Shown here in pieces: positions 44,446 to 56,895 of a stretch of 64,000 nt of DNA (positions are counted from its first letter, which is position 1; every line of letters starts with the position of its first letter). The notes under the pieces are model-generated. The model was given only the letters and a program-made list of their open reading frames with translations, had not been told where the DNA came from and made no database searches. A program made the translations under genes and the position numbers. Source of the DNA: Nemertoderma westbladi (Eukaryota > Animalia > Xenacoelomorpha); NCBI GenBank assembly GCA_032718475.1, contig JAUCBJ010008926.1, positions 2,167-66,166 of the forward strand, written 5' to 3'.

Positions 44446-44625
44446 ACGCCACCGCTGCCCACTGCATCCCAAGGCCGCTATTAAACCATCCGGAGAGGTT
44501 TGCAAATACACCGAATATGTAGACAAGTACAAAGCCTACCCAGGGATAATGCCGCCTCCGTCGATGAGGCCGAAGAAAGACTTAGCTAAGTCCGACGCTC
44601 CAATGGAAGGAGATACAACCTCCAG
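44446..44625 (+). CDS. SAXO: SAXO/FAM154-like exon 2
   Basis: TTCTAG|A CGC CAC...TCC AG|GTCGGT; RHRCP...TEYVDKY...PMEGDTTSR (Mn-module-like). Confidence 0.88.
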
Positions 44626-45357
44626 GTCGGTGTCAATGATTCTACATTGTCATTTCTGGAAACTTGTAAACACCATGTACAGTACAGGGGTACACGTACA
44701 GTCAGTACCCCAATAATATTAATTCAATTGTATGGAAGGATTGAAAAAATATTAGATAATGTAGGGAGAAACAATATTCTAGAACATGATAATTAATGTT
44801 CTAGATCATAATTTTGAAAAATTTCTATAATATTAATTTAGAGAAAATTTCATTTAATATTATAGATATGATTCATTTTATAATTAAGCGATTTTAATAG
44901 AATAAAAAGTCAAAAGAAAAAATATTGTGAACAATATTTTTGTTTTGACTTTTTATTCTATTTAAATCGCTCTAAAATTGTTCTAAGTCTAGAACTCTAG
45001 ACTTAGAACAATTTTTAGAATCCGAAGAGCATACATGTCGGGCTCATTCCATGAAAAGGTCTCACATATATTCATCCTTTGGAATGAAATGTATGTTAGC
45101 CATGTAAAGTCCCATACTTTACCAAAAATAGTGACATTTTTAGTTTATTCACAGAGAAGTAACTCAGCCTAAAGACCCAATGGAATGCAAAGAACGTTGC
45201 GTCATCTTAAATAACAATTAATTGCTTAATTACAAAATGTTTTTATATCTTTTTCAACACTTTTATTTTAGATAAAAATAATCTAATGAATTTATCAATT
45301 AAAATAAAATGTTTTGTTTACATAAAATATAATAATATAAATATCACCTTTATACTA

Positions 45358-45684
45358 TTAATTTCCGTTGGGTGAGTTTAAATCTCCCGCCATCAGTTTC
45401 AGCCTCATATCGAGGTCGTACGGGTCGTCCTCGATACTAGCTGATTCCTGATTGGTTGGCTCCAGGGCAACCTTCTCCATGGTGATGAGTCTTCGCGACA
45501 TGTGACGACTGAGTATCTGTTCGTTGTTTGCGATCAGTCGGAGGCCAGGGTGTCTGGGGATCTGGGCTGGGGAGTAGGTGGGGCGATACACCGGTAGCCA
45601 GTAGACCAGACGACCTCCCGGCACCAGGGTCGCGTAGGATAGATTGAGGAGCGAAACGAGGATGGAAGACAGCGAGAAACGAAC
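45358..45684 (-). CDS. TRMT11: TRMT11 exon 2
   Basis: Acceptor ATTTAG|GTT; phase 0 continues VRFSLSSILVSLLNLSYATLVPGGRLVYWLP...EQILSRHMSRRLITMEK to the stop at 45358-45360. Confidence 0.9.
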   Translation of the reverse strand, partial: VRFSLSSILVSLLNLSYATLVPGGRLVYWLPVYRPTYSPAQIPRHPGLRLIANNEQILSRHMSRRLITMEKVALEPTNQESASIEDDPYDLDMRLKLMAGDLNSPNGN

Positions 45685-46129
45685 CTAAATAATAAATAGT
45701 ACAATAAGAAGGAAATGTTAAGGGGGTGAAGGGATATAAACTCAATGTTTATTTACTTTATTTTATTTACTTGATATATAAAGTGCTAAAATACGAAAAT
45801 TGCAATTTTATTCGAAAATGTAAGGATTTAATTTATTGCGATATGATTTTTAAATAAATGGAAAGTGGTTCATAAATAAATGAAATTGTAACTAATAATA
45901 TAATTAAATTGGTTTATAAACTCAATTAGTTATTATTGTTGTCAACTTTGTCCCGGATTTAATTATTGGTCTTTTTCTCCGACGGAATTATTATGTTCTA
46001 AATTAAACAAATTCCTTTTAAATAATTAATCATTCTCTTCTCTTCCTTTTAATTTAGTTTATTATTTAAAATTTTAATGTTAAAAATTCAATTTCCTTAT
46101 TATTCCCCTTTGGTAGTTGAGCAGTATAC

Positions 46130-46570
46130 AGAGAGTGCTGCGTTATCACAATAATTCCTGTATATCATTAAGAAAACGTATTGAGAGAAGGCATACCGGT
46201 AATGTGTGTGGGTCTACTGTTAGATACAGTATACAGATTGACGGCGTGATATGGAGTTATACATTCTCACCCGATTTCTAAAGTATTCTCAACTACCGCA
46301 TAAAGTATTCTCACCCGCAGAATAAAGTATTCCTTCACGTCGGAAAAAGCATTGTAAGACGGCGTATAAAGTTATCTCACTCGCCGAATAGAGTACTCTA
46401 AGCGGATGTATACAGCATTATAACCAGCCAAATAAAGCATTTTAAACCGCCGTATAAAACAATATTACACGACAAATAAAATATACGCACCCACAGTAAA
46501 AATCATTCTACGCGGCTGTATAAAGCATTCTCATATGCCGAATAAAGTTTTATCGCTGCCGTATAAAGTT
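46130..46570. repeat. Degenerate ~32-bp tandem repeats in the TRMT11 intron
   Basis: Recurrent (G/A)(T/A)ATAAAG(T/C)ATTCTCA motif. Confidence 0.6.
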
Positions 46571-46666
46571 AGGCATTTTATAGACCCACCCGCACCCGCT
46601 CTATCCGATTATGAGTTACATAATATTTCCAATTTCGAATGAAATATGGAAATAAAGTAAAATTAC

Positions 46667-47716
46667 CTTACTGGCGTAGCTCGCTGGTTTATCGATGTCG
46701 GAGACCCCGGTTCCGATCCGTTCCGATCGCCCGGGTCCGACTCCGATTCGAGCCGTCGGTTCCCGGACGCCGTACGGCGGGTCGGCGATCACCGCGTCGA
46801 ACATCCCCGCGAGGGGCGCCCTCACACCGAGCCGAGCCACGTCGGCGACGACGAGATCGAGCAACCGCCCCTCGATCCCGTAGTCCCGCATACACGTGGC
46901 GAGTCGCTCGTCCGGGGGCCTGCGACGCGGCGCGCCGCTCCGGGTCGCCGCTAGAGGCGCGCCGTGGACGGCGTTGTACGAGAGATCGGCACCGCAGACC
47001 GCGGCGCCCCAATGCGCGGCCGGGATCAGCAACCCGCCGGTTCCGACGAACGGATCGAATACCAACCGCGAGGAGTCGGCGAGTCCGAGGTTCGAAGCGA
47101 TAAACCCTAGTTCCGGGTCCATCGACGTCGTCCCGATGAAACTACGAGTTTTCAGAGAGTAACGAGTTAGCAACGAGCGTCGACAACTCTCCCCTAGCAA
47201 CCGACCGAAGAAAACTCGTTTAGATCGCCCACTAGCGGCTACAGGGTGATACTCGATCCATACGAACCGAGTTGTTGCATTGTTTAAATCCACAGATCCC
47301 TCTAGAGGAAGGAATATAAGAAGCGATTCAACAGTCTTTAGTTTCTCTTCCGCTGTCAATCGTTTGCCCACGGCGAAAACGTCTATAGCGAAACTGGAAG
47401 CCTCGTGGTACAATCTAAGGAAGTTTTCGTTATTAAGGGTTTCTCGTATTTTATTTAGAACTTCGTTATTCGAACTTCCTTCAGCTATTATCTCGTAGGC
47501 GTGTTTCAATAGAATTGTTCTAGATAGAATTAACTGAATATTTTTAATCCATTTTTCTCGTCCGGTGCATGTCAACATCAAGAAGGGGCATTTATCGTCT
47601 TCTTTATCCCTGGATATCTCAACGGGTGAATTTAAGTTGAATAATTTAAGTATCGATTCCAGTTCGCTAATGTAAAAGTCGCAGTGGTTCCCGCAGTAAT
47701 GAAGTAACGCTTTCAT
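46667..47716 (-). CDS. TRMT11: tRNA m2G10 methyltransferase TRMT11 exon 1
   Basis: YSLKTRSFIGTTSMD, VFDPFVGTGGLL (SAM binding), FDAVIADPPYGVRE; donor AAG|GTAATT at 46666. Start taken at MKALL (47716); an upstream in-frame ATG exists at 47839. Confidence 0.92.
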
Positions 47717-49509
47717 ACTTCGGTTTGAGTTGATACCGGTATTCCTTGTGACCCCGCTCGCGGTTTTTCCTACTATTTGGCTAATATTACGGGAGTGGAA
47801 TAATGGGATAAAATGGCGTAAGAAGACTACGTTCCACATCTAATTATTGATATTATTCCTTTACTTTATTAAAATTAAATATACATGAATAGGCTCTCCG
47901 GCATGTAATGTGGAACTTCACTATTATTTGAAAATCCCGCTAATTACTAATATATGAAAACTAAAGCTGATTGGCCTGGAGTGTAGCAGCCCTTGTGTTT
48001 CCATGTGAAAACATTTAAGGGCATTAAAATATAGTTCACATCCGCAATGGAAGGTTTCTTATATCTGGTCACTAAGTTTAAATTAAATTAAATAATTTGC
48101 TGTAATTATAAGGAAATAATAATTAAATAACCTACGTAAACATAGAGGTAGGCATAAATAACTGAGCATTTTTGAAGGATCTCGGATAAACAGTAAAAAA
48201 TTAATAATCTTTCAGTTTTGATGAATATTATATACCACCTTAAATAATTTAGGTGGCCAATCAGTTAAGTAAGACATCATTAACTTTTTGAGTTTTATTA
48301 AATAACCACTTTAGTGAAATAATATTTCCAAAGATACACCAAATTACAAATTTACGATGATGTATGTGACACTGCTCCTTCATATTATCAAACATAATAT
48401 TTGGAATAACCCAAATATTATTTAAATTGTCAAAACAATAAAATTTAAATTGTGAAAAAATTTCATCGCGATTTGTGAATACCCCCCAGGAAACTGATTG
48501 TATTTCTCAAAAAATACAATCTTAACACACAAAATCAATATTTCACCCAAATTTGACATATCCATCAAGGTGTTGTTCGTGATATTGACGTTACAAACAT
48601 TGAGCGGTTGAACCACAGGGACAGCTGTACTGAGGGGCTAGGTGCATATGTATATGGACTAGGAATTAGGGTATGTACATTATTTACAATGTAGATAATG
48701 TTATTATGTTTCAACCCTACCGCATGGGCTAATGGGGACAATAACCTCCAAACCAAACACAAACCACCAGCGCACCAGGTTGGATTCTTGTACGGACTGT
48801 ATAGTAGCTCAGCAACACGTTTCAACTCCTTGATTGAAATGAAGCAGCGAAACCCTCAATAAAGTCAAATTCAAAATAGCCAACTTCTTTAACCCCCTAG
48901 ATGCGTTCGGCTAATAAAATATTGCTCTGGATGCAAATTTGGTAAAAAATGTTGAGGTGACCCAATGCGCCCAAATCAACCACTGCCTTTCGAATAGCCG
49001 ATACGGGATACTATTGAGTGAGTACAGCCGCTCTTCTTGTGCATCTTAAGAACTAATAACTCCACTCCTATTTTTGATGTTGTCTACCCCCAATAAAACG
49101 AAGTTTGCGAATCTGAGGCGGTCTGTAGCCTACGATTTACAAAAGTATAATAATGTAGAATGGCTTCGTTGTACAAATATGACTGCGATCGATATGGGTG
49201 AACATGTTAGTCAGTAACTGGCAGTGAGTGGTTAACTACAATATTGTTTTCCAAAATTTCACACATCTAGGGTGAAAGAGGATAAATATATGAACTTGAA
49301 ATTTTTAGGGCCACCCTATTTACAAGATATACCCACCCATCTAGACTCACATCTCACACTGGTTGTTTAAAATTAGGAACCAAGTTTACTGGGAAACAGA
49401 ATGGAGGTGTGTACTGTGGAAGATCAAAGATCACCCACGGTGGTGAACATGCGAATGAGTCTAAGATTATCCTAAGCAAACATTATTAGTGCTTAAACTT
49501 ATTACATAG

Positions 49510-49712
49510 GCTGGATTACATCAGACACCCGCAAAGTCTACGTCCGGTTGCCAGACAACAGGATTATTCTAGACCAATGGGGGACATGGATCTACTGACC
49601 TCGTACGACAGAGATTATACCGAGAAGAGGGGCGGCCGCGCTGAGATTATAACTCACGCAGAAGGTCTACGGAAAACGGATATTCCATTCGTAGCTGAAC
49701 CGACTTATATGT
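49510..49712 (+). CDS. SAXO: SAXO/FAM154-like exon 3 (not in ORF track)
   Basis: CATAG|G CTG GAT TAC...TAT ATG T|GTGAGT; continues TTSR-LDYIRHP...GDMDLLTSYDRDY...PFVAEPTYM in the right phase. Later exons not located. Confidence 0.85.
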
Positions 49713-50799
49713 GTGAGTATCTTTTAATTATATTTAACATAAATAGCAAGTAGTAACGTAAGCAAGTAACGAAAAAACCTGAGATTAAACTGAAATCCAA
49801 AAGTAAGTAAAATTATTTAGCAAACGAACAACTTTAATAAATTATTGAAATTAGTTGGAAATCTCAAACTGAAGTTATTTTTTTTACAATTTTTTTATAC
49901 ATTTAATATAATATGCAAAGAAAAAAAGCGTAAAACTTTTCCAAGATTCAAAAATATATCATTAACATATCAGCAGATTTTTTGCGACAAAGAAATGTGC
50001 AATTACTTAATAGGATAACATAACAACACTCTTTATATTTTATATTCCTTTATTATTCGTATCGCTTCGTTTTGCATCGCATAATCACTTAATCGTACAA
50101 AAAAGTATCTGTACACAAAAACGCAATAGAAATAATTAATATAGGCATTATAGCTTTTCCTTGGGGAAATTCATTTCAGTTTTAATAAAACAAAAACATA
50201 ATTTGAAGGGAAAAGGAATCATGTAACATTATATTCGAATAAGAACCAAATAGCAACAAAACGATATAGGTAATATAACATATAACATACACCAGCCATT
50301 ATATCACAACATTAGTTAGCAATTGCCACAGCATGATAGACTGCAGGTCCAAATATTAGGTAAACATCTACAACCAAAATCTTACATATAGCAGTAAATA
50401 GCACTTTATGGAATACAATAGGAAGCATACATTTTTGTATATTTTACCATCAATAGGCCATTAATAGATATTATAAATGAATGTTAGCTTGGCAGTCCTC
50501 CATAAAAACGTCCTCTTCACAGCTTCAGGGTTTACAATATCTATATGATCTTGTATAGATGCATTACAATAACCCAAACAGAATTGGCGAGTTGTCGGCC
50601 ACTTAACTGCCGAATTTTTCAACTACATACGATTAAAATCATCAGAACTATCCATTAATCCATACCAGAACCGAATGCGCGCTATGTAACTAAAACGTTG
50701 AAAGTTATTTATCAGTCTACCTTATTGAATTAATTCGCGCTGAAAAGTTCATTTACGAAATAATTTAGCGATTTTGCATCTTTTTAAACTAGTAAATTT

Positions 50800-51099
50800 C
50801 TACTCGAATTTTCCTAGAATGTCACCATCTCGGAAAATAAAATATTCTTCATTTTTAATCTCTATTTTGGTTCCTCCGTACTCCGGGAGTAGCACGTTGT
50901 CCCCGGGTTTCACACTGCAGGGTATCACAGTGTCCGATTGGTGACTCCGGGACCCCGGCCCGGTAGCTACAACCTCAGCTTCCAGCACTTTCCCCTGCGC
51001 TTTATCCGGAATCAGAATTCCGCCTTTTGATTTTGTCTCCGGGTTGAATCGTCGGACCAGAACTCGATCGAACAGAGGTTTTATCATTCTTCCAGACAT
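50800..51099 (-). CDS. HSPE1: 10-kDa chaperonin (HSP10/GroES family), intronless
   Basis: IKPLFDRVLV, ETKSKGGILIP, VVATGPG, VKPGDNVLLPEYGGTKI, FRDGDILGK. Confidence 0.97.
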   Translation of the reverse strand: MSGRMIKPLFDRVLVRRFNPETKSKGGILIPDKAQGKVLEAEVVATGPGSRSHQSDTVIPCSVKPGDNVLLPEYGGTKIEIKNEEYFIFRDGDILGKFE

Positions 51100-52917
51100 T
51101 ATTTAATTCCGAATAATACGAAAATACAGCAGGTTTTAAACAGTCAAGAGTTCCAGAATCTGTCAAATCGGCCTAGCGTGATACTATACTGTAGGCCTAA
51201 TCTGCTAATATAGAAAACAATTAACTGATTAACAAGGAAAGACACGTCTAGACGTTGCCTATCAATAGAGTCTAGAGTAATCAGGCAATAGCATAGACCA
51301 GTAGGCAGATAGGCCTCTCCCAGTATCCTGCTAAGTGCTATGATTTTCTTAATTTTTTATTGATAATTGCTTTGGTAAACTGTAAATTAACCGTTACCGG
51401 TCAGTTAGCAAAGCCAAACTAAACTATGATATGTGATTTACAAATAATGCTGTAATGTGAGTTGCATTGCGTTGCTTTATACTGTTATATTGGGTTGGTT
51501 CGTTACCGGTACTACTGTTTCGGTTAGTAAAGCCAAACTATGATACCTGCTATAACCAGATAACTGTATAAGCCTATGTCATGTCAGAGTCAGTTATGTA
51601 CCTGTAGCTGTACAGCTGTACCAGTAGTACATACAGACATAGTACTGTAGTACCGGTACCGACCGCGACAAAGTACAGATGTTAGGAATACTGCTGCACT
51701 GCAGCACTGGCTGACTGGCAGACTGGTTACTTTGACAGTCTGGCTGGCAGCTGGAGCTCGCTAAAAATTGTAACAGGCAGACAGCGAGACAGGACACATT
51801 GACGCTGTAATTCACGTTTTCGGACATACCGGTAATCAGATAATGTGACCGATTTTCATTTTTAATATTAAAGATAGGCCTACGGTCTGACGCCTGACGG
51901 TAGTTATCCAGTTATCCCAACAGCTGAACAGTGCAGCAGTGCACAGTGTGACAGTGAGATTCTAATTCCCAAGTAAATTTATGCGGAATGTTATGGCGAC
52001 TCTATTCTACAGATTCTAATGCAGTAATGGCATAATTCAGTAATTTTTAGAATGCCAATAGGTCTATAAAAATTGAAAATGTCACTGCCAGATTTCAAAT
52101 GAAATTTAGCATTGTTTTCTATTGAGAAATTTCACTCTGCGTCTGAGAGCGTTTACCTGTTTTCCGCGGATACATTCTGGGTGTAATGTAAATTGGACGA
52201 ATTGTGACCAGTGTTCCAGAGTCCTGAGCCGGCAGCCTGACTGTGTAGTCCTACTGTCCTAACCCACAGACCCAGCAGCCCAGTAACTGGTAACCGTGAA
52301 CCGGTACTGCTGTACTGTAAATTTAAACACACGAACACTGGAACACACACAGTCGCCAGTTCTGCAATACACCAATAGCTGAATAGCCTCCACCGCCAGC
52401 CTAGGCCTACAGGCTACAGCTTGCAGCTGTACAGCATTACAGGCCCTTCCCTACCGTACCTGCCTACTGCCCTACATTACAAAGTATAATACTGTAATAA
52501 GCCAAAGCCACTCTTGCTGACAATTTTATTGTCTGATTACTGTTCTTTATTCTTGCTGTATTCAGGCAGTCAGGTATTATTATTAGCGCTTGTGGTACAG
52601 GCTTAGTGGTAGAGCAGAAGAGTAGTGCAGTAGTGCGGTACGTTTGTCAGTCTGTGTGATTTGCATTGCGTTGCGTTTGAGTCCTGTTGGCCTACAGCTG
52701 TACGTACAGCTACAGTAGCATCATACAGGTATACTGGCAGACTGGGAATAAAGAATTATGCAGAATGAATAGAATGTTTGGTGATGGTGGTATATTTAAA
52801 AATAAACAGAATATATAAAGACTCACGATTCAAAACTCATCAATAATTTATACCGAATAAACCGAACTGCACACTGTTCTCTAGGTTGTTCTTTTTGTTA
52901 CGTAACAGTAAGCAAAA

Positions 52918-53340
52918 TACACTTTTTTTCTTTATAAGAACCAGTAGAATTTTGCCGAGCCTCATGTTCTTAAAATATCTCGAACTTTCAGCCTCAAATG
53001 TTCTTAAACTGTTCTTGCATTACAGTAGGCATACTGTACTGTACCATAAGTATCAAACATTGTCTGATTATAGTTGTACCGATTTGACTTATTTTGTTGC
53101 AGTAAACAATTGTACAGTAGCTGTAGCCTACTGTATACTTATAGGCAAATGTTGATTTGTATATTTAGTTTGCTATTAAAATTTCGAAATCTGATTTATC
53201 TGCATCTGGAGCTTATCGATTTTACTTAACTCACTTTGTAGAATCTGAGCCTCAAGTTGTTCTTGGAAACGTTCTTAATTTTTTCGCGAATTCGAGCCTC
53301 GTGTTCTAATAAACTGTGTTCTTATAAAAAAAAAAGTGTA
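52918..53340. mobile_element. MITE with ~24-bp TIRs and TA flanks
   Basis: TACACTTTTTTTCTTTATAAGAAC ... GTTCTTATAAAAAAAAAAGTGTA. Confidence 0.7.
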
Positions 53341-53499
53341 TCTTATTCCATGTACGCTACAGTACTTACTTAGTATGCTTTCCTGGTGGGGTGCATGTAC
53401 AGTAACATCAGATAATCGGGTATCTTCTGCAGCCCATGAGACATTGTTGTCTCATGGGCTATTTTTTTTTCAGAAAAAAAATAGATTTTTCATTTTCAA

Positions 53500-54310
53500 T
53501 CCCCCTGGTGCAGATTTTTATGAGGATTTCAAAACTGCAAACCGTTTGGTAATAGCTAATGTCGTTCAAAATTCATGAGTGATAATGTTAACCTTACTCA
53601 GAGTAAATATCTGTAAAAACTGTCTGTCTGGGATTGTTTTTCTGACGGTTTGTCCGTCACAATATAACAATGGGGGTTATGTTATGGGGGTTTTCCTGGT
53701 CACTGATTTCATTCCAAACGTTAGTTGTTTTCACTTTTAACGAAAACTATTATGTCTAGCTATATCTGTCTGTCCGACAATCTGGCTGTCTGTCAAAATA
53801 TAAGGAGTTCATACCACCTAGCTAAAACTGGTTTCGATTTAGGTTTTATTGTTCGCTGATTTCATTTCTGAAGTCAGGTTTTATATTAGTAAAGTCTATT
53901 ATGTCTGATTGTCGGTCTGTCTGTATGTCCGTCTGTCAGTCTGTCAAAATATAAGGAAAGCATTCCAACAAGGTAAAAGTTTTGTTATGGGGGTTATTCT
54001 TGTTGCTGATTTCATTTACGACGTCAGTGTTTACTTTTAACAAAACCTACTATGTCTGTATCACTGTATGTCTGCCTGTGTGTTTTTCTGTCTGTCCAGC
54101 GATCTGTGTTATTTTGTTATGGGGTTTTCATGGTTGGTGATTTCATTTCCGATGTCAGTTTTCATATTTGATGTCATCAATCTGTTTGTCTGTTCAGCTG
54201 TAGGTTTTTGACGGCCAGACCGACAGCAATGACAGACAGACATGACTCTGTTAAATGAGTAAACTGAGTTTAGAAATGAAATCGCCGACCTGGAAAACCC
54301 CTGCAACAAA
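53500..54310. repeat. Repeat with ~150-bp subunits (GGGGTTTT...CTGATTTCATT, TGTCTGTC)
   Basis: Motif recurs at ~53686, 53845, 53990, 54120 and inverted at ~54275-54300. Confidence 0.6.
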
Positions 54311-54628
54311 ATTTTCATCTGGGTTGTGTGCATTCTAGCATTTCAATGGACATAATTACCGTTGCTGTAAACTTTAAATGCGCTTTCTGAAGAATGCAAA
54401 TTTTAAATTTCAAAATGCAAAGGATTTTCTAAAAATGAACGAATTTGTGTGAAATTTAGCACAAATTATGACTGGGTGCTGCTTAACACCTCCTATGACA
54501 ACTTTTTCGATTTTCATTGTTGTAGCAGAAATATTTAACCAAATGTGTGAATTTTTGGTCAAAAATTGCAAAATCTGTAAAAATTTGGCAAAAATGGGTT
54601 TTTTATTAAATTAATTTTTAAAGATGTT

Positions 54629-54977
54629 AGGACAATTGCGACCTGGGCAATTGCGACCCGGATAATTGCGACCCGGACAATTGCGACCCATGATTTTGGT
54701 AAAAATTTATGGGTCGCAATTGTCCGGGTCGCAATTGTCAGGGTCGCAATTGTCAGGGTCGCAATTGTCCGGGTCGCAATTGTCAATGATATACAATGAT
54801 ACAACGATATTTATCAATGTTGTACATTACATCTTTTTATCTGGCTCCGGACAATTGCGACCCGGACAATTGCGACCCATGATTTTGGTAAAAATTTATG
54901 GGTCGCAATTGTCCGGGTCGCAATTGTCCGGGTCGCAATTGTTCGGGTCGCAATTGTCCGGGTCGCAATTGTCCGGA
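54629..54977. repeat. Two fold-back blocks of 15-bp repeats (GGACAATTGCGACCC)n / (GGGTCGCAATTGTCC)n
   Basis: Direct reading; both blocks share the central spacer ATGATTTTGGTAAAAATTTAT. Confidence 0.9.
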
Positions 54978-55681
54978 CTCCATTTTTAAACATAAGCATT
55001 TATCAAAATTCTGGTAATAGGATCGATTGACGATATCATTGTGCACAAATGATGAAATTTTGGTCACCAGTAGAAATTAATAATTTCTAAAAATGTGTCA
55101 ATAAATTTGGGTAGGCCCCTAAATCGAAGTCTCCTAAATAAGGGAACGAAAGTTTTAATTAATTAGCCCCCCCCCCCCCCCCCCCCTTGCCCTTAAGCAA
55201 CAGTACAGACTAGAAGGTGTTTTTTAACCCCTCCCATCCTTTTAACCTCCCATAGATTATTTTAATGCATACCATTATTCTTCTGGCTGTAGATCACCTA
55301 ATCCAAGATCCTGCTGGCGGCGCAGGTTCAATCCCAAGTATACAGTACTGTATATTTGCACTACTGTTAGTGCCCTTTTCTAGGCTATGCACTTACTGTA
55401 GACACTAGCCGCAGTGTAAAGTAGGGTCTGTTCAATTCTACGATGACAATCACCGGCAAGTCTTATTGTCGTTCCTGTAGGGTTGTGCTGGGTTTGGGCA
55501 ATTCTCGGTCACAAGCTAAATAGTACAATAACCTGTTTGTTAAATGAACATTGTATTTTGTATTTTATGCCATAAAACTACTGTAAATGATTGGTTGTTA
55601 TTATTTGAAAGGCGAAATACAATATACAGTAGCTTTTGTTATAAATACAAAATAATACTAATATGTAATTTTGTAAATCCA

Positions 55682-56554
55682 TTAACATACGGTAATTCCA
55701 TATTTTTGATAAGTTTGCCATAAACCCCAACCCTTTAAGGTATTTTTAAATCTATTGGAACTCATAAGACCGATATGCGAGAATAGAGGGGGTATAACAG
55801 CATACTGTTTCCCTATTGGACGTTGCCTAGCAACAAAGTCATCGATCGATAAATCAACCGCTTTTTCCCCAGTACAACCCGCGTTGGACAAATGTTTTAC
55901 TAAAGGGGTAACCATTCGTAACGGGTAGAGGACCGCTGGTATGCAGCATTCGTAAGCAGGGGTCACCCTATATCCATTGTATGGCAGAAAGTTCTCCACG
56001 AAATGAAACTGGTAGGCATTTTGTCTTCCCATTAACAGAGTAATAATTAGGGAACATATCGAGACACTAGCGATGAATCTCAACCATTGGATGTCCATAT
56101 GCCAGTATTGGGTTAGAATGAATGTTATGCATACGGCGAACAAGGTATATACTGCTGTACATTTGAGCAATTCGTTAATTCGGAACAGGTCAAATCCGAA
56201 TCCTTGCCAGTAGGTAGGCCAGTAGAGTTTGATAAGGTGCCACTCCGGCCCTTCCTCAAGGTCACCTCTGCGGATCATTTGGTTCACTTTGAAATCTAGA
56301 ATGTGATCAAGTTTATTGAAAATATTATCTTTGGCCAGTGCATCATCCTCTAGTACTATCACATATTCAGCCGCGTAATCTAGTGATTGGTTAAGACAGG
56401 AGTAGTAATCGATGTTTTGTTGTTTATTGTAGTTATCGAGTTGTGTTTGCGAGGTTATATTTATTACGTTGACTGATTTTGAGACAAGTTTGATGTGATC
56501 TTCTGTGCTTCCTGCATCGCATACGGTTAGCTTCGTGTCGTTTCTTTGTTTCAC
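55682..56554 (-). CDS. PGAP4: PGAP4/TMEM246-like GPI GalNAc transferase, last exon
   Basis: DYYSCL, YVIVLEDDA, IKLYWP.YWQGF, two TM segments, CCIPAVLYP, KAVD, P.LFSHIGL.SS; acceptor TTATCCACAG at 56555-56564. Upstream exon not identified. Confidence 0.85.
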   Translation of the reverse strand: MKQRNDTKLTVCDAGSTEDHIKLVSKSVNVINITSQTQLDNYNKQQNIDYYSCLNQSLDYAAEYVIVLEDDALAKDNIFNKLDHILDFKVNQMIRRGDLEEGPEWHLIKLYWPTYWQGFGFDLFRINELLKCTAVYTLFAVCITFILTQYWHMDIQWLRFIASVSICSLIITLLMGRQNAYQFHFVENFLPYNGYRVTPAYECCIPAVLYPLRMVTPLVKHLSNAGCTGEKAVDLSIDDFVARQRPIGKQYAVIPPLFSHIGLMSSNRFKNTLKGWGLWQTYQKYGITVC

Positions 56555-56895
56555 CTGTGGATAAATATGTTTTAGTGGAAAAGGGAATTCTTTTATAGGC
56601 CTACAGTACTGTAGTACAGTACACGTTCGTGGAGCCTTCGCGCAGCACGAGGCCCAGTTATGAGATACAAATTAAAATTGTGCGACTGTATCACAAAATC
56701 AGGTTATGAGAGATTAACCCACACCACCAATTAATCAAAGAAAGGGGGACAGTACGTGTTCACCCCTTTTAATCTGCACCCCCCCCCCCCCCCCCCTCCC
56801 CCACCCACCAATACATAACCGCGACATCTACCACCCACGGAAGGGTAGCACGAACTTATTTCCAAACGCACGTTCAATATGCAAAGCCAGGTGGT

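Noticed and set aside
46639-47498. Arg-rich + strand ORFs
   Set aside because: Antisense shadows of the GC-rich TRMT11 exon.
51145-51165. Heat-shock element upstream of HSP10
   Set aside because: Only two nGAAn units (TTCCAGAA); three are normally needed.
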